Shown: positions 17,092 through 26,038 of the stretch, one piece after another | Layout of the letters: each line of letters begins with the position of its first letter | How positions within the stretch are numbered: the stretch's first letter is position 1 | Source of the DNA: Edaphobacter aggregans | GTDB lineage: Bacteria; Acidobacteriota; Terriglobia; Terriglobales; Acidobacteriaceae | NCBI RefSeq assembly: GCF_003945235.1 | Contig: NZ_RSDW01000001.1 | Location: 3,180,001-3,212,000, forward strand | DNA: 32,000 nt | Direction: 5' to 3' | The notes under the pieces: generated by a model | Database searches by the model: none | What the model saw: only the letters and a program-made list of their open reading frames with translations | Told to the model about the DNA's origin: nothing | Translations under genes and position numbers: made by a program

Positions 17092-17871
17092 TTACTGGTG
17101 TCCCAAAGCCTTATCAATCGCCGCCTGCGCCAGCGGAGCCATCACTTCATATCCCTTCACACTCGCATGGACGCCATCCACCGTGTACTCCGCCTTCATT
17201 CCGCCCTCCGCATTCGTCAGCGCCGAGTAGTAATCCAGATAGATCAGCCCATGACTCGCGCAGTACCCCTTTAGCCATACATTCAGCGCGCGAATCTTCT
17301 CCGCCGGATGCAGCCCCCTCCGCCAGGGAAAATCCGTCGACGGCGTAAGCGAAGCAAACACCACCTTGATCCCATTCTCCCTCGCCAAATCAGCCATCGA
17401 CTGCCAGTTGTCCTCAGTCATCTCCGCAGTCATCGGCCCCGTATTCCCGGCGACATCATTACCTCCACCCAGAATCACCACTACCTTCGGATGCAGGTTC
17501 ACTACATCCTGCCGAAACCGCGCCACCATCTGCGGCGTAGTCTGTCCGCTGACTCCGCGATTCACATAAGGCTTCCCGGGAAAGAACTCACTTCCATTCC
17601 TCCCCCAGAACTCCGTCATCGAAGCCCCATAGAACACCACCCGATCCTCACCCACAGCCGCCGGAGCCAGCGTCTTGTTCGCCTCCCTGTAATGTCCCAA
17701 CTGAGCCCAATCGTCGAGCTTCACCTGCATCGCGGCAATCAGCTTCTCTGCATCACGCTGCACAGGCACAGGAGTAGGAGCAGCAGCAGTCTGTGCAAGC
17801 CCCATTCCACCCAACGCCACCCAACACGCCAGAAAACCAACCCGCACTAGGATCGTCACGCGTCGCACCAC
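17092..17871 (-). CDS. SGNH/GDSL-type hydrolase (secreted), tandem paralog 2 (block I reads GASM)
   Basis: 259 aa with a GTG start, collinear with paralog 1 throughout. The blocks are FYGASMTE, GVSGQTT, ILGGGNDV and DGVHASVKGY. The exact start among nearby GTGs is uncertain. Confidence 0.85.
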   Translation of the reverse strand: MVRRVTILVRVGFLACWVALGGMGLAQTAAAPTPVPVQRDAEKLIAAMQVKLDDWAQLGHYREANKTLAPAAVGEDRVVFYGASMTEFWGRNGSEFFPGKPYVNRGVSGQTTPQMVARFRQDVVNLHPKVVVILGGGNDVAGNTGPMTAEMTEDNWQSMADLARENGIKVVFASLTPSTDFPWRRGLHPAEKIRALNVWLKGYCASHGLIYLDYYSALTNAEGGMKAEYTVDGVHASVKGYEVMAPLAQAAIDKALGHQ

Positions 17872-17980
17872 CCTCTGGATTCGCGTCCGATTCTAACCCA
17901 CCGGCCTCTTCCAAACGCGAACCTACCCTGTAACCGACCGAACACCTGTGCACCGCTCCACTGCTGTACCCTTAAAAGTG

Positions 17981-18835
17981 ATGCAACCCGGCCTCTCTAC
18001 CCACGTCTTCCTTCAGCAGCGCCTGCACCCCGGTCTGCTCGACGCCCTCCGTAACAGCGGCGCCCGCACCATCGAACTCTTCGCCGCCCGCCACCACTTC
18101 GACTACACCGACCGCGCCCAGCTCCGCGAGATAGCCTCCTGGTTCCGTGACACCGGCACCGCCGCCACCCTCCACCAGCCCATCTTTACCCGCGAGCAGT
18201 CCGAAAACTGGTCCCGCCACGTCTCCGCGACACTCTCACTCATCGCGCCCGAGAAGACTCACCGCATCGACGCCATGGACGAGGTCAAGCGCGCCCTCGA
18301 GTCAGCCGAGCAGATTCCCATCACCGCCATCACACTCCACCTCGGCCTCAAGGACGACCCCTGGAACACTCGCGCCCTCGAGAACTCCCTCACCGCCATC
18401 GAGCACCTCAAGGCCTTTGCCCACCCGCTCGGCGTTAAAGTCCTCCTCGAAAACCTCCAAAACGAAGTCACCACCCCCGAGCATCTCCTCGAAATCCTCC
18501 ATGTCGGCCACTTCAGCAACGTGGGCATCACGCTCGATGTAGGCCATGCTCACCTCAGCGACACCGGCCTCGACCACGCCTTCGAGCTCCTGAAGCCCCG
18601 CATCGCCGAACTCCACCTCCACGACAACCACGGCCTCAAGGACGAACACCTCTGGCCCGGCTCCGGCAGTATCGACTGGACAAACCTGGCCAAACTCACC
18701 GCATCACTGCCCGCCCAAGTCCCCGGCATCCTCGAGATCGCCTACGACCTCAACGAAACCGCCGACTCAGCCACCGCTAAAGCCACAGCTGCTTTCGACC
18801 AGCAACTCCGACTCACCGAACAACTCGGAGCCTGA
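17981..18835 (+). CDS. Sugar phosphate isomerase/epimerase family protein (xylose-isomerase-like TIM barrel)
   Basis: MQPGLSTHVF...ARTIELFA...ITLHLG...KVLLENL...ITLDVGHAH...ELHLHDN is the typical AP-endonuclease-2/TIM-barrel pattern. I prefer the ATG at 17981 over the GTG at 17948. Confidence 0.8.
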   Translation: MQPGLSTHVFLQQRLHPGLLDALRNSGARTIELFAARHHFDYTDRAQLREIASWFRDTGTAATLHQPIFTREQSENWSRHVSATLSLIAPEKTHRIDAMDEVKRALESAEQIPITAITLHLGLKDDPWNTRALENSLTAIEHLKAFAHPLGVKVLLENLQNEVTTPEHLLEILHVGHFSNVGITLDVGHAHLSDTGLDHAFELLKPRIAELHLHDNHGLKDEHLWPGSGSIDWTNLAKLTASLPAQVPGILEIAYDLNETADSATAKATAAFDQQLRLTEQLGA

Positions 18836-18861
18836 GACGCGTCAGTCTTTCACTGCGAAGT

Positions 18862-20934
18862 TCACCAAACGCGGCATTGCTCCGCATGAACCATAGGCTG
18901 ACCAGCCTTGCAGCTGAACGCCTTATGGAACTCCGGCATGTTCGACACGACATTATTAACCCGCAGCTCAGGTACCGAGTGCGGATTAGTAAGTATCTGT
19001 GTTCGCAATGCCTCCGGACGAACCTGCGTACACCAGGTATTCGCGTACGCAAGGAAGAACCGCTGCATATTGGTCAATCCATTTGAGTCGGTATCCGACA
19101 TCGTCTTGCCCCGCTGTTGCAGATCGGCGGTCAGCGCCGCAAGAGCCAGGTGAATGCCGCCGTTGTCCGCCGTGTCCTCGCCCTGAGTCAGCTTCCCATT
19201 CTGCTGCACTCCGGCAACTCCGGGAACAGACCCCGTATACTCCTTCGCGATGCAAGCGCCGCGCTGGTCGTACTCCTTCGCATCCTCTGCCGTCCACCAG
19301 TCACGCAGGTTGCCCTTCTCATCGAACTTGCGCCCCTGGTCGTCGAAGCCATGCGTCAGTTCATGCCCCACAATGGCTCCTTCTGCCCCGTAATTGATCA
19401 CATCATCCTGCGACGAATCGAAGAAGAGGGGCTGCAAGATCCCTGCCGGGAAGTTAATCGTATTCGTCTGTGGATCTTCGTAAGCGTTCACCGTCGGTGG
19501 TGTCATCAACCACAGAGCACGATCCAGTGGCTTGCCGGTAAGGTTGAGTTGCCGCTTCAGTTCGAAAGCCGTAGCGCGCTCGACATTGGCGGCGTAGCTA
19601 TCTCGCGTTATGGTTAGAGAGCCATAATCAATCCACTTGTCCGGATAGCCAATTTTATCCAGCACCGCTGCAAGCTTCAGGTGGGCCTGTCGTTTCGTAT
19701 CAGCCTGCATCCACGACACATTATCGATGTCATGGCCCATCGCGGTTTCAATGTCATCCACCATCTTCTGCGCGCGGGCCTTGCTCTCCGGTGGAAACAC
19801 TTGGGCAACATACACCTGCCCCAACGCCTCACCAAGATACTGATCCACGGCTACCGCGCAACGGCGCCACGCCGGTGGCTGCACCTTTGCCCCCGTAAGC
19901 GTCCGGAAAAACTCGAAGTTCGCCGTACGCCACTCATTGCCCAACGATGGAGCCGCAGCCTTCAACAACTGCCACCGCAGGTAGAGCTTCCACGTAGCCA
20001 GATCTTCGTTCACCAGCAGCTTATTCAACGCGCGAAAATAGTCCGGCGCACTTACCTCATAAAGAGCAACCGTTGGAGCACCAATACCCTTGAGGTAGGT
20101 GGCCCAGTCAAAAGCCGGCACCAGCTCCTTAAGCTGCGCCTGCGTAAAGCGATTGTTCGTCTTGTTAGGATCACGCCGCGTAATGTTGTCCATCTGCGCC
20201 TGTGCCATTGCGGTCTCAATCCGAAGCACCGTAGACGCGCTATGCGTGGCATCCGCCTCGTTCATCCCATCCATCTTTAGCAGTGTGGCGATAAGCGCGA
20301 CATACTTATCTCGTATAGCCTTCATACCCGCGTCGCTGCCCAGATAAAAATCGCGTCCCGGCATGCCAAGCCCACCTTGATCGACACCCGCCACAACGCG
20401 GCTCACATCGTTATAGTCCGGCGTAGGCCCATACCCAAACATGGCCACATTGGTCTGGTTATCATCACCCGTCCACGCCTGACCGAAGGAGCTATGAATA
20501 GCCGCAAGCACTCCGGCGATCTCGCGCTTGTCATTCATCCCATTGATCTTCGCCAGCAAGGGCTGAATCGCCTTCAGATCATTCGCGCCAGAGCTTTCCT
20601 GCTCCTTGCAGGTTTCAAACATGTCACCGATCTTCTGTTCGTTCGGCGTGCGCGACGAATTCGCCTCTTCGTTCTTCTCCAGAATCTCGCGAAGGACCTG
20701 GCGGTTCCACATCGCCAGCTTCGTACCCGCACCCCATGAGACCTGATCCGCCGGAATCGGATTCGCCGCGTTCAGCTTGCCGCACGCATGCTGATAAAAG
20801 TTATCGCAGGGGCTGACCGCCGAATCCACCAGCGTCACATCGATGTGGTCCAGCTTGATCGGTGCCGGCGCTGAAGACTGAGCTACGCAACTCACCGCGG
20901 ACGCAAACAACAAAACCGCACAATAAATCTTCAT
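18862..20934 (-). CDS. M13 family zinc metallopeptidase (PepO / endothelin-converting-enzyme-like), secreted
   Basis: Zincin motif VGHELTHGFDDQGRKFD plus GEDTADNGG and the C-terminal CRVW. The ATG at 20934 is preceded by GGAGG at 6 nt and gives the signal peptide MKIYCAVLLFASAVSCVAQ. The track ORF start at 21060 adds a non-homologous extension. Confidence 0.9.
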   Translation of the reverse strand: MKIYCAVLLFASAVSCVAQSSAPAPIKLDHIDVTLVDSAVSPCDNFYQHACGKLNAANPIPADQVSWGAGTKLAMWNRQVLREILEKNEEANSSRTPNEQKIGDMFETCKEQESSGANDLKAIQPLLAKINGMNDKREIAGVLAAIHSSFGQAWTGDDNQTNVAMFGYGPTPDYNDVSRVVAGVDQGGLGMPGRDFYLGSDAGMKAIRDKYVALIATLLKMDGMNEADATHSASTVLRIETAMAQAQMDNITRRDPNKTNNRFTQAQLKELVPAFDWATYLKGIGAPTVALYEVSAPDYFRALNKLLVNEDLATWKLYLRWQLLKAAAPSLGNEWRTANFEFFRTLTGAKVQPPAWRRCAVAVDQYLGEALGQVYVAQVFPPESKARAQKMVDDIETAMGHDIDNVSWMQADTKRQAHLKLAAVLDKIGYPDKWIDYGSLTITRDSYAANVERATAFELKRQLNLTGKPLDRALWLMTPPTVNAYEDPQTNTINFPAGILQPLFFDSSQDDVINYGAEGAIVGHELTHGFDDQGRKFDEKGNLRDWWTAEDAKEYDQRGACIAKEYTGSVPGVAGVQQNGKLTQGEDTADNGGIHLALAALTADLQQRGKTMSDTDSNGLTNMQRFFLAYANTWCTQVRPEALRTQILTNPHSVPELRVNNVVSNMPEFHKAFSCKAGQPMVHAEQCRVW

Positions 20935-21071
20935 CGAGGGCCTCCACAGTGCCATCTGACTGCTCGCACTCAGAAAATCGGTACGGGACATAATAGCGCG
21001 AGCAATCTGGGCGCTCCACTCAAATGTGACAAGCTCGCTCAAATATGATTCGAACATCATTCAATTGCCAC

Positions 21072-22796
21072 CTAGCGAAGACGGCAGTGCACGCCGCCAT
21101 ACTCACCCGTCTCTTCAAAATGCCGTGCCGCAGCATCGTCCGGGTTATACCGGAGCGCCACCCGCACCAACTCTCGCGCACCGTCGCCATTGTCCTTCTC
21201 CCAGCGCAGCAGCGCCAGGTTCAACACCGCTGTCGTCAAACCTGGATCACGCTTCGTCTCCTGCTTCAGCAGCGTCTCCGCATCCGCTACATCTCCACTC
21301 TGCGCCTCCAGCACAGCCAAATCTGTCGACACCACCGCATCATCCTTACCCATCGCGAGCGCCGCTTCGTACTCTGTCTCCGCCTTCGCGCGGTCTCCAC
21401 ACATCACGGCCAGATACCCCAGGTCCTCATGCACGACTGCATCCGCCTTCCACAGAAACTCCACCTTCTCCAGCAAACTCTCCGCCCGCACATAGGAGTG
21501 TTTGTCGCCCCGCTCGGCATACTGTGTATACGCCAGCCCTCGCTCGCGATCTCCCGCATCGACATCTCCCACAACTACCAGGTCCACCGCATCCGTAAAG
21601 CGTGTCACATCGCCGTTCCCCCTCCGAGTCACCGTCGCCCCCTTCACCAGCGGCCTAACCTCGATATCGTGATCGGTCAGTTGCTCATGCGAGATATCCG
21701 AAGTGTCCCATCGCGGCATATGGCATGCCACGCAGTCCGCCTGCTCAGGATGATGAGCCGCGGCTTCAAACCCCGCCGCCGCTGTATGACACTGCAGACA
21801 CCGTGCGCGAAAGTGCACCACCCGCTCCTCAGCCGATGGCGAGCCATGTGGATCATGACAAGTCACACACGTCATCCGCGCCCCTACTGCACGACGGCAA
21901 GCACTCCGCAGCAAAGCCTCATACTGGCTCGTCGCCCGCAGCGTCGACTTCGCCGAACTGGCGTTCACAAAATAAACCGCCGTCTCAAACAAATCCTGCC
22001 CCGGCTTAAAGCCTTCCAGCGAGTGCCCCGCCCGCTGAATCATCACATCGCCCTCCAGATGACACTGCAGACAAACGCTGTCCTGCCGCTCCGGCGTCAG
22101 CGTCCCCAGCTGCAGCAGCGGAGTCTTTCCACCCGAAGCCACATGCGCCTCTACATCGCCATGACACGCCGCGCACCCCACCCCGCCTTGCCGAAACGGC
22201 GCACCCGCCCAGGCATTCCGCGCAAATGGCAGAGGCTCCGCCACCCCCGTCGCATGACAATGCAGACAATTCGGCTCTACCGGCAGCGCCAGCGGAGCCC
22301 GCTCCGCACCCTCATACGCCGGAGCCATCTCATATCCCTTTTTCCCCGCATACCAGTTCACTGGAGCCTCATACCAAAGCTCCCCACCCTCCACCGGCCG
22401 AGCGAACAGATACGTCCGCCCCTGCCGTCCCGATCCGATGTAGTACACCAGCCATTCCTCGCCCCGCAGAGCCTCCCCCGGCGCCGGCCGTTCACGCTCA
22501 TAGCGCAGACGAGGCTCTCCATCCTTCCCATCCACCTCGTAGTGCACACCCGACCGCTCATGAAAATAACTTCCCCGGATCAGCCCCTCCGTCGCCCATC
22601 CACTCCCTCGCGCCATCGCCGTCTTTTCCCAGCTCGCATAGACTCCCGCATGGCACGCCGCACACCGGCGATCCGGATCGTTCCCGCCTGAGCCTGCTTT
22701 CGTCACCACATCCAACGGCCACCCCATCCCGCCCGCCATCGCCACCATCATGCAAACAAACGCCGTCGCCAAAACCAGAGTCGAACCCGGCCCCAC
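21072..22796 (-). CDS. Multiheme (7 x CXXCH) c-type cytochrome fused to C-terminal TPR repeats
   Basis: 574 aa with a GTG start and a signal peptide. The seven heme motifs are CAACH, CLHCH, CAACH, CLQCH, CVTCH, CLQCH and CVACH. The C-terminal ~200 aa are helical and TPR-like (AETEYEAALAMGKDD..., ARELVRVALRYNPDDAAA). Confidence 0.85.
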   Translation of the reverse strand: MGPGSTLVLATAFVCMMVAMAGGMGWPLDVVTKAGSGGNDPDRRCAACHAGVYASWEKTAMARGSGWATEGLIRGSYFHERSGVHYEVDGKDGEPRLRYERERPAPGEALRGEEWLVYYIGSGRQGRTYLFARPVEGGELWYEAPVNWYAGKKGYEMAPAYEGAERAPLALPVEPNCLHCHATGVAEPLPFARNAWAGAPFRQGGVGCAACHGDVEAHVASGGKTPLLQLGTLTPERQDSVCLQCHLEGDVMIQRAGHSLEGFKPGQDLFETAVYFVNASSAKSTLRATSQYEALLRSACRRAVGARMTCVTCHDPHGSPSAEERVVHFRARCLQCHTAAAGFEAAAHHPEQADCVACHMPRWDTSDISHEQLTDHDIEVRPLVKGATVTRRGNGDVTRFTDAVDLVVVGDVDAGDRERGLAYTQYAERGDKHSYVRAESLLEKVEFLWKADAVVHEDLGYLAVMCGDRAKAETEYEAALAMGKDDAVVSTDLAVLEAQSGDVADAETLLKQETKRDPGLTTAVLNLALLRWEKDNGDGARELVRVALRYNPDDAAARHFEETGEYGGVHCRLR

Positions 22797-22966
22797 CCGC
22801 CGCCCGCCGGTGCCAACGCATCATACGATCCCCTGCGCCCGGTCCCCGAAATACTTCCCAGGCATCCGCACGGCCCAGCGACCCCATGTCGCTAATGCCT
22901 CAATAAACCCGCATCTGCCCGGCAAGTCTCTGCCCCCGCCACTCATTTACTCTTGTATTAACCATC

Positions 22967-24457
22967 ATGAGCGACACCGTACCTGCCACCGCCCCCATCG
23001 TCACCATCGCCACCATCGGCCAGCACGAAGGCCAAAGCGTCACCCTCCGCGGCTGGCTCTACAATCTCCGCGCCTCGGGCAAGCTCCTCTTCCCGATATT
23101 CCGCGACGGCACCGGCACCATCCAGGGCATCGTCCCCAAGGCCGCCGTCCCCGAGCACGTCTTCGAGACCCTCAAAAACCTCCAGCTTGAGTCCTCCCTC
23201 ACCGTCACCGGCAAAGTCCGCGCCGACTCCCGCGCCCCTAGCGGCTACGAGCTCGACGTCGAAGACATCCACGTCATCTCCGCCGTCGACCCCGCCAACC
23301 CCTTCCCCATCCAACTCAAAGAAGCTGGCGTCGACTTCCTCATGGAGCACCGCCACCTCTGGCTCCGCACCCCACGCCAGTCCGCCATCCTGCGCGTCCG
23401 CGCCACCATCATGCGCGCCGCAGCCGAGTACTTCGACACCAACAGCTTCATCCGCACCGACCCACCCATCCTCACGCCCAACGCTTGTGAGGGAACATCG
23501 GAACTCTTCGAGATGGACTACTTCGACGACGACAAGGCCTACCTCACCCAATCCGGCCAGCTCTACATCGAAGCCACCGCGCTAGCCCTCGGCAAGGTCT
23601 ACAGCTTCGGCCCCACCTTCCGCGCCGAAAAATCCAAAACCCGCCGCCACCTCACCGAGTTCTGGATGATCGAGCCCGAGGTAGCCTTCCTCGAACTCGA
23701 CGGCCTCCTCGAGCTAGCCGAAAACTTTATCACCCACATCGTCACCCGAGTCCTCGAGCACCACCGCGCCGACCTCAAAGTCATAGGCCGCGACGTCACC
23801 AAACTAGAAGCCATCCTAGCCCCCGATTCTGACGCCACGACATCAACCGCTCCTACAGAAAACAAAGCCGTCATCCTGAGCGAAGCGCAAAGCGCGCAGT
23901 CGAAGGACCCCGAAGCAGCCAGCCCAACCCACACCACTCCAACCTTTTCAGCCACAAAATCAAACCGCTTCCCCCGCCTAAGTTACGACGAAGCCCACGC
24001 CATGCTCGATGAAGCCTACAAAGCCGGCAAAATCGAAAACCCCCACAAATACGGCGACGACTTCGGCTCCCCCGACGAGACCTACATCAGCAGCCAATTC
24101 GACAAGCCAGTCATGATCCACCGTTATCCCGCCGCCTTCAAAGCCTTCTACATGCAGCCCGACCCGCTCGACCCCACCAAGGCTCTCTGCGTCGACGTCC
24201 TCGCCCCCGAGGGCTACGGCGAAATCATCGGCGGCTCCCAGCGCATCGACAGCTACGACCTCCTCAAGCGGCGCATCGAAGACCACAACCTCCCCCTAGC
24301 CGCCTTCCAGTGGTACCTCGACCTGCGCCGTTACGGCAGCGTCCCCCACGCCGGCTTCGGCATGGGCATCGAGCGAGTAGTAGCCTGGCTCTGCGGCCTC
24401 GACCACGTCCGCGAAACCATCCCCTTCGCCAGAACGTTGAATCGCATCTACCCATGA
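22967..24457 (+). CDS. asnS: Asparagine--tRNA ligase (Thermus-type), with a ~49-aa internal low-complexity insertion
   Basis: 496 aa. The OB-fold N-terminus is [29 protein letters not shown]. Class II motif 2 is [25 protein letters not shown] and motif 3 is [12 protein letters not shown]. The C-terminus is RTLNRIYP. Confidence 0.9.
   Translation: MSDTVPATAPIVTIATIGQHEGQSVTLRGWLYNLRASGKLLFPIFRDGTGTIQGIVPKAAVPEHVFETLKNLQLESSLTVTGKVRADSRAPSGYELDVEDIHVISAVDPANPFPIQLKEAGVDFLMEHRHLWLRTPRQSAILRVRATIMRAAAEYFDTNSFIRTDPPILTPNACEGTSELFEMDYFDDDKAYLTQSGQLYIEATALALGKVYSFGPTFRAEKSKTRRHLTEFWMIEPEVAFLELDGLLELAENFITHIVTRVLEHHRADLKVIGRDVTKLEAILAPDSDATTSTAPTENKAVILSEAQSAQSKDPEAASPTHTTPTFSATKSNRFPRLSYDEAHAMLDEAYKAGKIENPHKYGDDFGSPDETYISSQFDKPVMIHRYPAAFKAFYMQPDPLDPTKALCVDVLAPEGYGEIIGGSQRIDSYDLLKRRIEDHNLPLAAFQWYLDLRRYGSVPHAGFGMGIERVVAWLCGLDHVRETIPFARTLNRIYP
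23870..23954 (+). repeat. Dispersed-repeat-derived segment embedded in frame in asnS
   Basis: The segment reads gtcatcctgagcgaa-gcgcaaagcgcg-...-cttttcagcca. The same ordered blocks occur at 25027-25061, and partial copies occur at 25968-25992 and 29698-29719. Confidence 0.5.
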
Positions 24458-24903
24458 TCGACATTGCAAATGAACCAGTTTCGGGAGAGCCGTTAGTGGC
24501 ACAACCCGTCGGGGTCCGCGGGTGGCTGCTCTACATCTGCATTGCCTTTACGATCCTGGGACCGATCAAGATGATCGAATTCATCCACGGGACCTCAGCG
24601 CCGATAATGCTCGCTACTTACATCACCATCGCTGTAACGAGTTTTATCGCCGGACTAGCTACATGGGCAACGCGATCCTCAGCGTTCCTTTTTCTGCGAA
24701 TCGCCCTTGTCGCGCGTTTGCTATACAGCTTCCTCCAGGTGTATCTGGGGATGGAACTCGCTCGTCAACAGTTTTCGACGACCCTCGATCTTGCGAAGCA
24801 GGAGTTTATGAGCGCAGCAATCAACATACTTCTGGTGTTGCTCCTGTTCTTCTATTTCCGGTTTTCCAAACGTGTTCGAAACACATTTGGTCGCAACATT
24901 TAG
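24454..24903 (+). CDS. DUF2569-like integral membrane protein (paralog 1)
   Basis: The ATG at 24454 overlaps the asnS TGA (ATGA). 149 aa with 4 TM helices, a GWLLY motif near the N-terminus, and the C-terminal [16 protein letters not shown] shared with the 28806 paralog. The track ORF upstream extension is in a different asnS-overlapping frame. Confidence 0.7.
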   Translation: MIDIANEPVSGEPLVAQPVGVRGWLLYICIAFTILGPIKMIEFIHGTSAPIMLATYITIAVTSFIAGLATWATRSSAFLFLRIALVARLLYSFLQVYLGMELARQQFSTTLDLAKQEFMSAAINILLVLLLFFYFRFSKRVRNTFGRNI

Positions 24904-24929
24904 TTCATTTCCGGATCTACCGGTAAGAC

Positions 24930-25065
24930 GTGGGGTGACCCACATCTTAGACTAGGTGGGTGGCCCATACATGAAGACCCACACATACCTCGGGTGCCCA
25001 TTCATGCAGTCTCATTGCATGGGTGGGTCATTCGCGCAAAGCGCGAACCGCTTTTCAGCCAAACA
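24930..25065 (+). repeat. REP/BIME-like cluster of hairpin units (copy A)
   Basis: Successive small inverted repeats: acccac/gtgggt/acccac, cccat...atggg with inner atgca/tgcat, and tcgcgc-aaa-gcgcga. The cluster contains a 30-nt block, ggtgggtcattcgcgcaaagcgcgaaccgc (25022-25051), identical to 25963-25992. Confidence 0.65.
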
Positions 25066-25212
25066 GCGCGCTAATCTCCAGCATGACAAACCACCCAAAA
25101 AAGCGTCTCATAGTGTTGGCTCCATGAGCAGACCTGAAACCTCGAACAGAACAATGGCATCCTAGACAGAGAAGACAAACCCACACTGCCACCCGAACCA
25201 CTGGAGCAAGCC

Positions 25213-25881
25213 ATGGCCATGAACGACTACAACATGAACGCCTTCCCCACCACCATCGACGCCCCCCGCGAGGAGACCGCCTCCCTGCTCGCCAAGGTTC
25301 TCGGCATCACCTCGCTCGGCTTTCTCATCACCGCCATCGGCGTTGCCACCGCACCACCATGGGGAACCCTGCCCGGCCTCATCATCGTCTTTGGACTCGT
25401 CTTTGGCATCAGCTTCACCCGCAAAGCCAGCCCTACCCTCGCGCTCGGACTCTTCCTCGCCCTCACCTACTTCATGGGTTGGCAGATCGGCCCCCTCATC
25501 CAGCACTACATCCGAAACTTCGGCCCGGGCATCGTCTTCAACGCCGCCGCCACCACCGCCGCCGGCATGGGCGTCATGGGATGCATCGCCTATCTCTTCA
25601 ACATCAACTACCGCCGCATCGCCGGCATCGGATTCGCCGCGTTACTCTTGCTCATCATCGCTGGTATTGCCAGCATGTTCTTCCGCTTCCTCAGCCCGGA
25701 CATGTTCTCCTGGCTCACCCTCGGCATCTTCTCCCTGCTCACCATAGGCGACTTCGCCCGCATCCGCGCCGGTGGAGACGGACGCTCCGCCGTCTCGCTC
25801 GCCCTCTCCATCTATCTCGACGCCATCAACATCTTCCTAGCCGTCCTCCAACTCATGGGCGGCCGCCGCAGCCGAAGCTAA
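25213..25881 (+). CDS. Bax inhibitor-1 / YccA family membrane protein
   Basis: 222 aa with about 7 TM helices. The N-terminal cytoplasmic tail followed by LLAKVLGITSLGFLITAIG and the C-terminal LSIYLDAINIFLAVLQLMG are typical of the BI-1/YccA/YbhL family. GGAG lies 8 nt upstream of the ATG. Confidence 0.9.
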   Translation: MAMNDYNMNAFPTTIDAPREETASLLAKVLGITSLGFLITAIGVATAPPWGTLPGLIIVFGLVFGISFTRKASPTLALGLFLALTYFMGWQIGPLIQHYIRNFGPGIVFNAAATTAAGMGVMGCIAYLFNINYRRIAGIGFAALLLLIIAGIASMFFRFLSPDMFSWLTLGIFSLLTIGDFARIRAGGDGRSAVSLALSIYLDAINIFLAVLQLMGGRRSRS

Positions 25882-25883
25882 TC

Positions 25884-25992
25884 TGGTCGGGTGGGCGGTC
25901 CCCATCTCGAACCAGCCATAAACCCGGGTGCCCCATCTTCGCGACAGCTTTATCGTCGCTAAGGTGGGTCATTCGCGCAAAGCGCGAACCGC
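25884..25992 (+). repeat. REP/BIME-like hairpin element (copy B)
   Basis: ctggt...accag; cgggtgcccc; the cttcgcgac-agctttatc-gtcgctaag hairpin; then the 30-nt block identical to copy A. It lies between the convergent BI-1 and TylF-like genes. Confidence 0.65.
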
Positions 25993-26038
25993 ATCTCCCC
26001 CACCTCACCGGCCCGCACCCTCAGCCGTTAGCGCAGAT

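Noticed and set aside
16219-17230. Plus-strand ORFs 16219..16455 and 16883..17230, which share the peptide LSIAACASGAI
   Set aside because: The shared peptide is the antisense translation of the 32-nt block conserved between the two SGNH hydrolase paralogs. It is not an independent repeated gene.
21040-21056. Imperfect palindrome atgattcgaacatcat between the cytochrome stop and the M13 peptidase start
   Set aside because: It is short and imperfect (a central ttcgaa with offset arms). It could be an operator, but nothing else supports that.
21045-22691. 548-aa plus-strand ORF (with the overlapping ORFs at 21026..21598, 22226..22906 and 22750..23190)
   Set aside because: It is antisense to the heptaheme cytochrome gene, which has clear CXXCH/TPR signatures. 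Its translation is Arg/Pro/His-rich low complexity with no motifs, the typical shadow ORF of GC-rich DNA.
22797-22966. Possible T-box, riboswitch or leaderless promoter upstream of asnS
   Set aside because: I found only a 5-bp hairpin (gcgac-cccat-gtcgc) and a TATTAA 5 nt upstream of the ATG. There is no specifier/T-box-like architecture and no convincing -35 element, so the evidence is insufficient to call a feature.
24956-25165. 69-aa ORF MGGPYMKTHTYLGCPFMQSHCMGGSFAQSANRF...
   Set aside because: It lies entirely within the REP-like hairpin cluster (copy A). Its peptide is simply the translation of the repeat units. The analogous ORF across copy B (25928..26410) runs antisense into the TylF-like gene.
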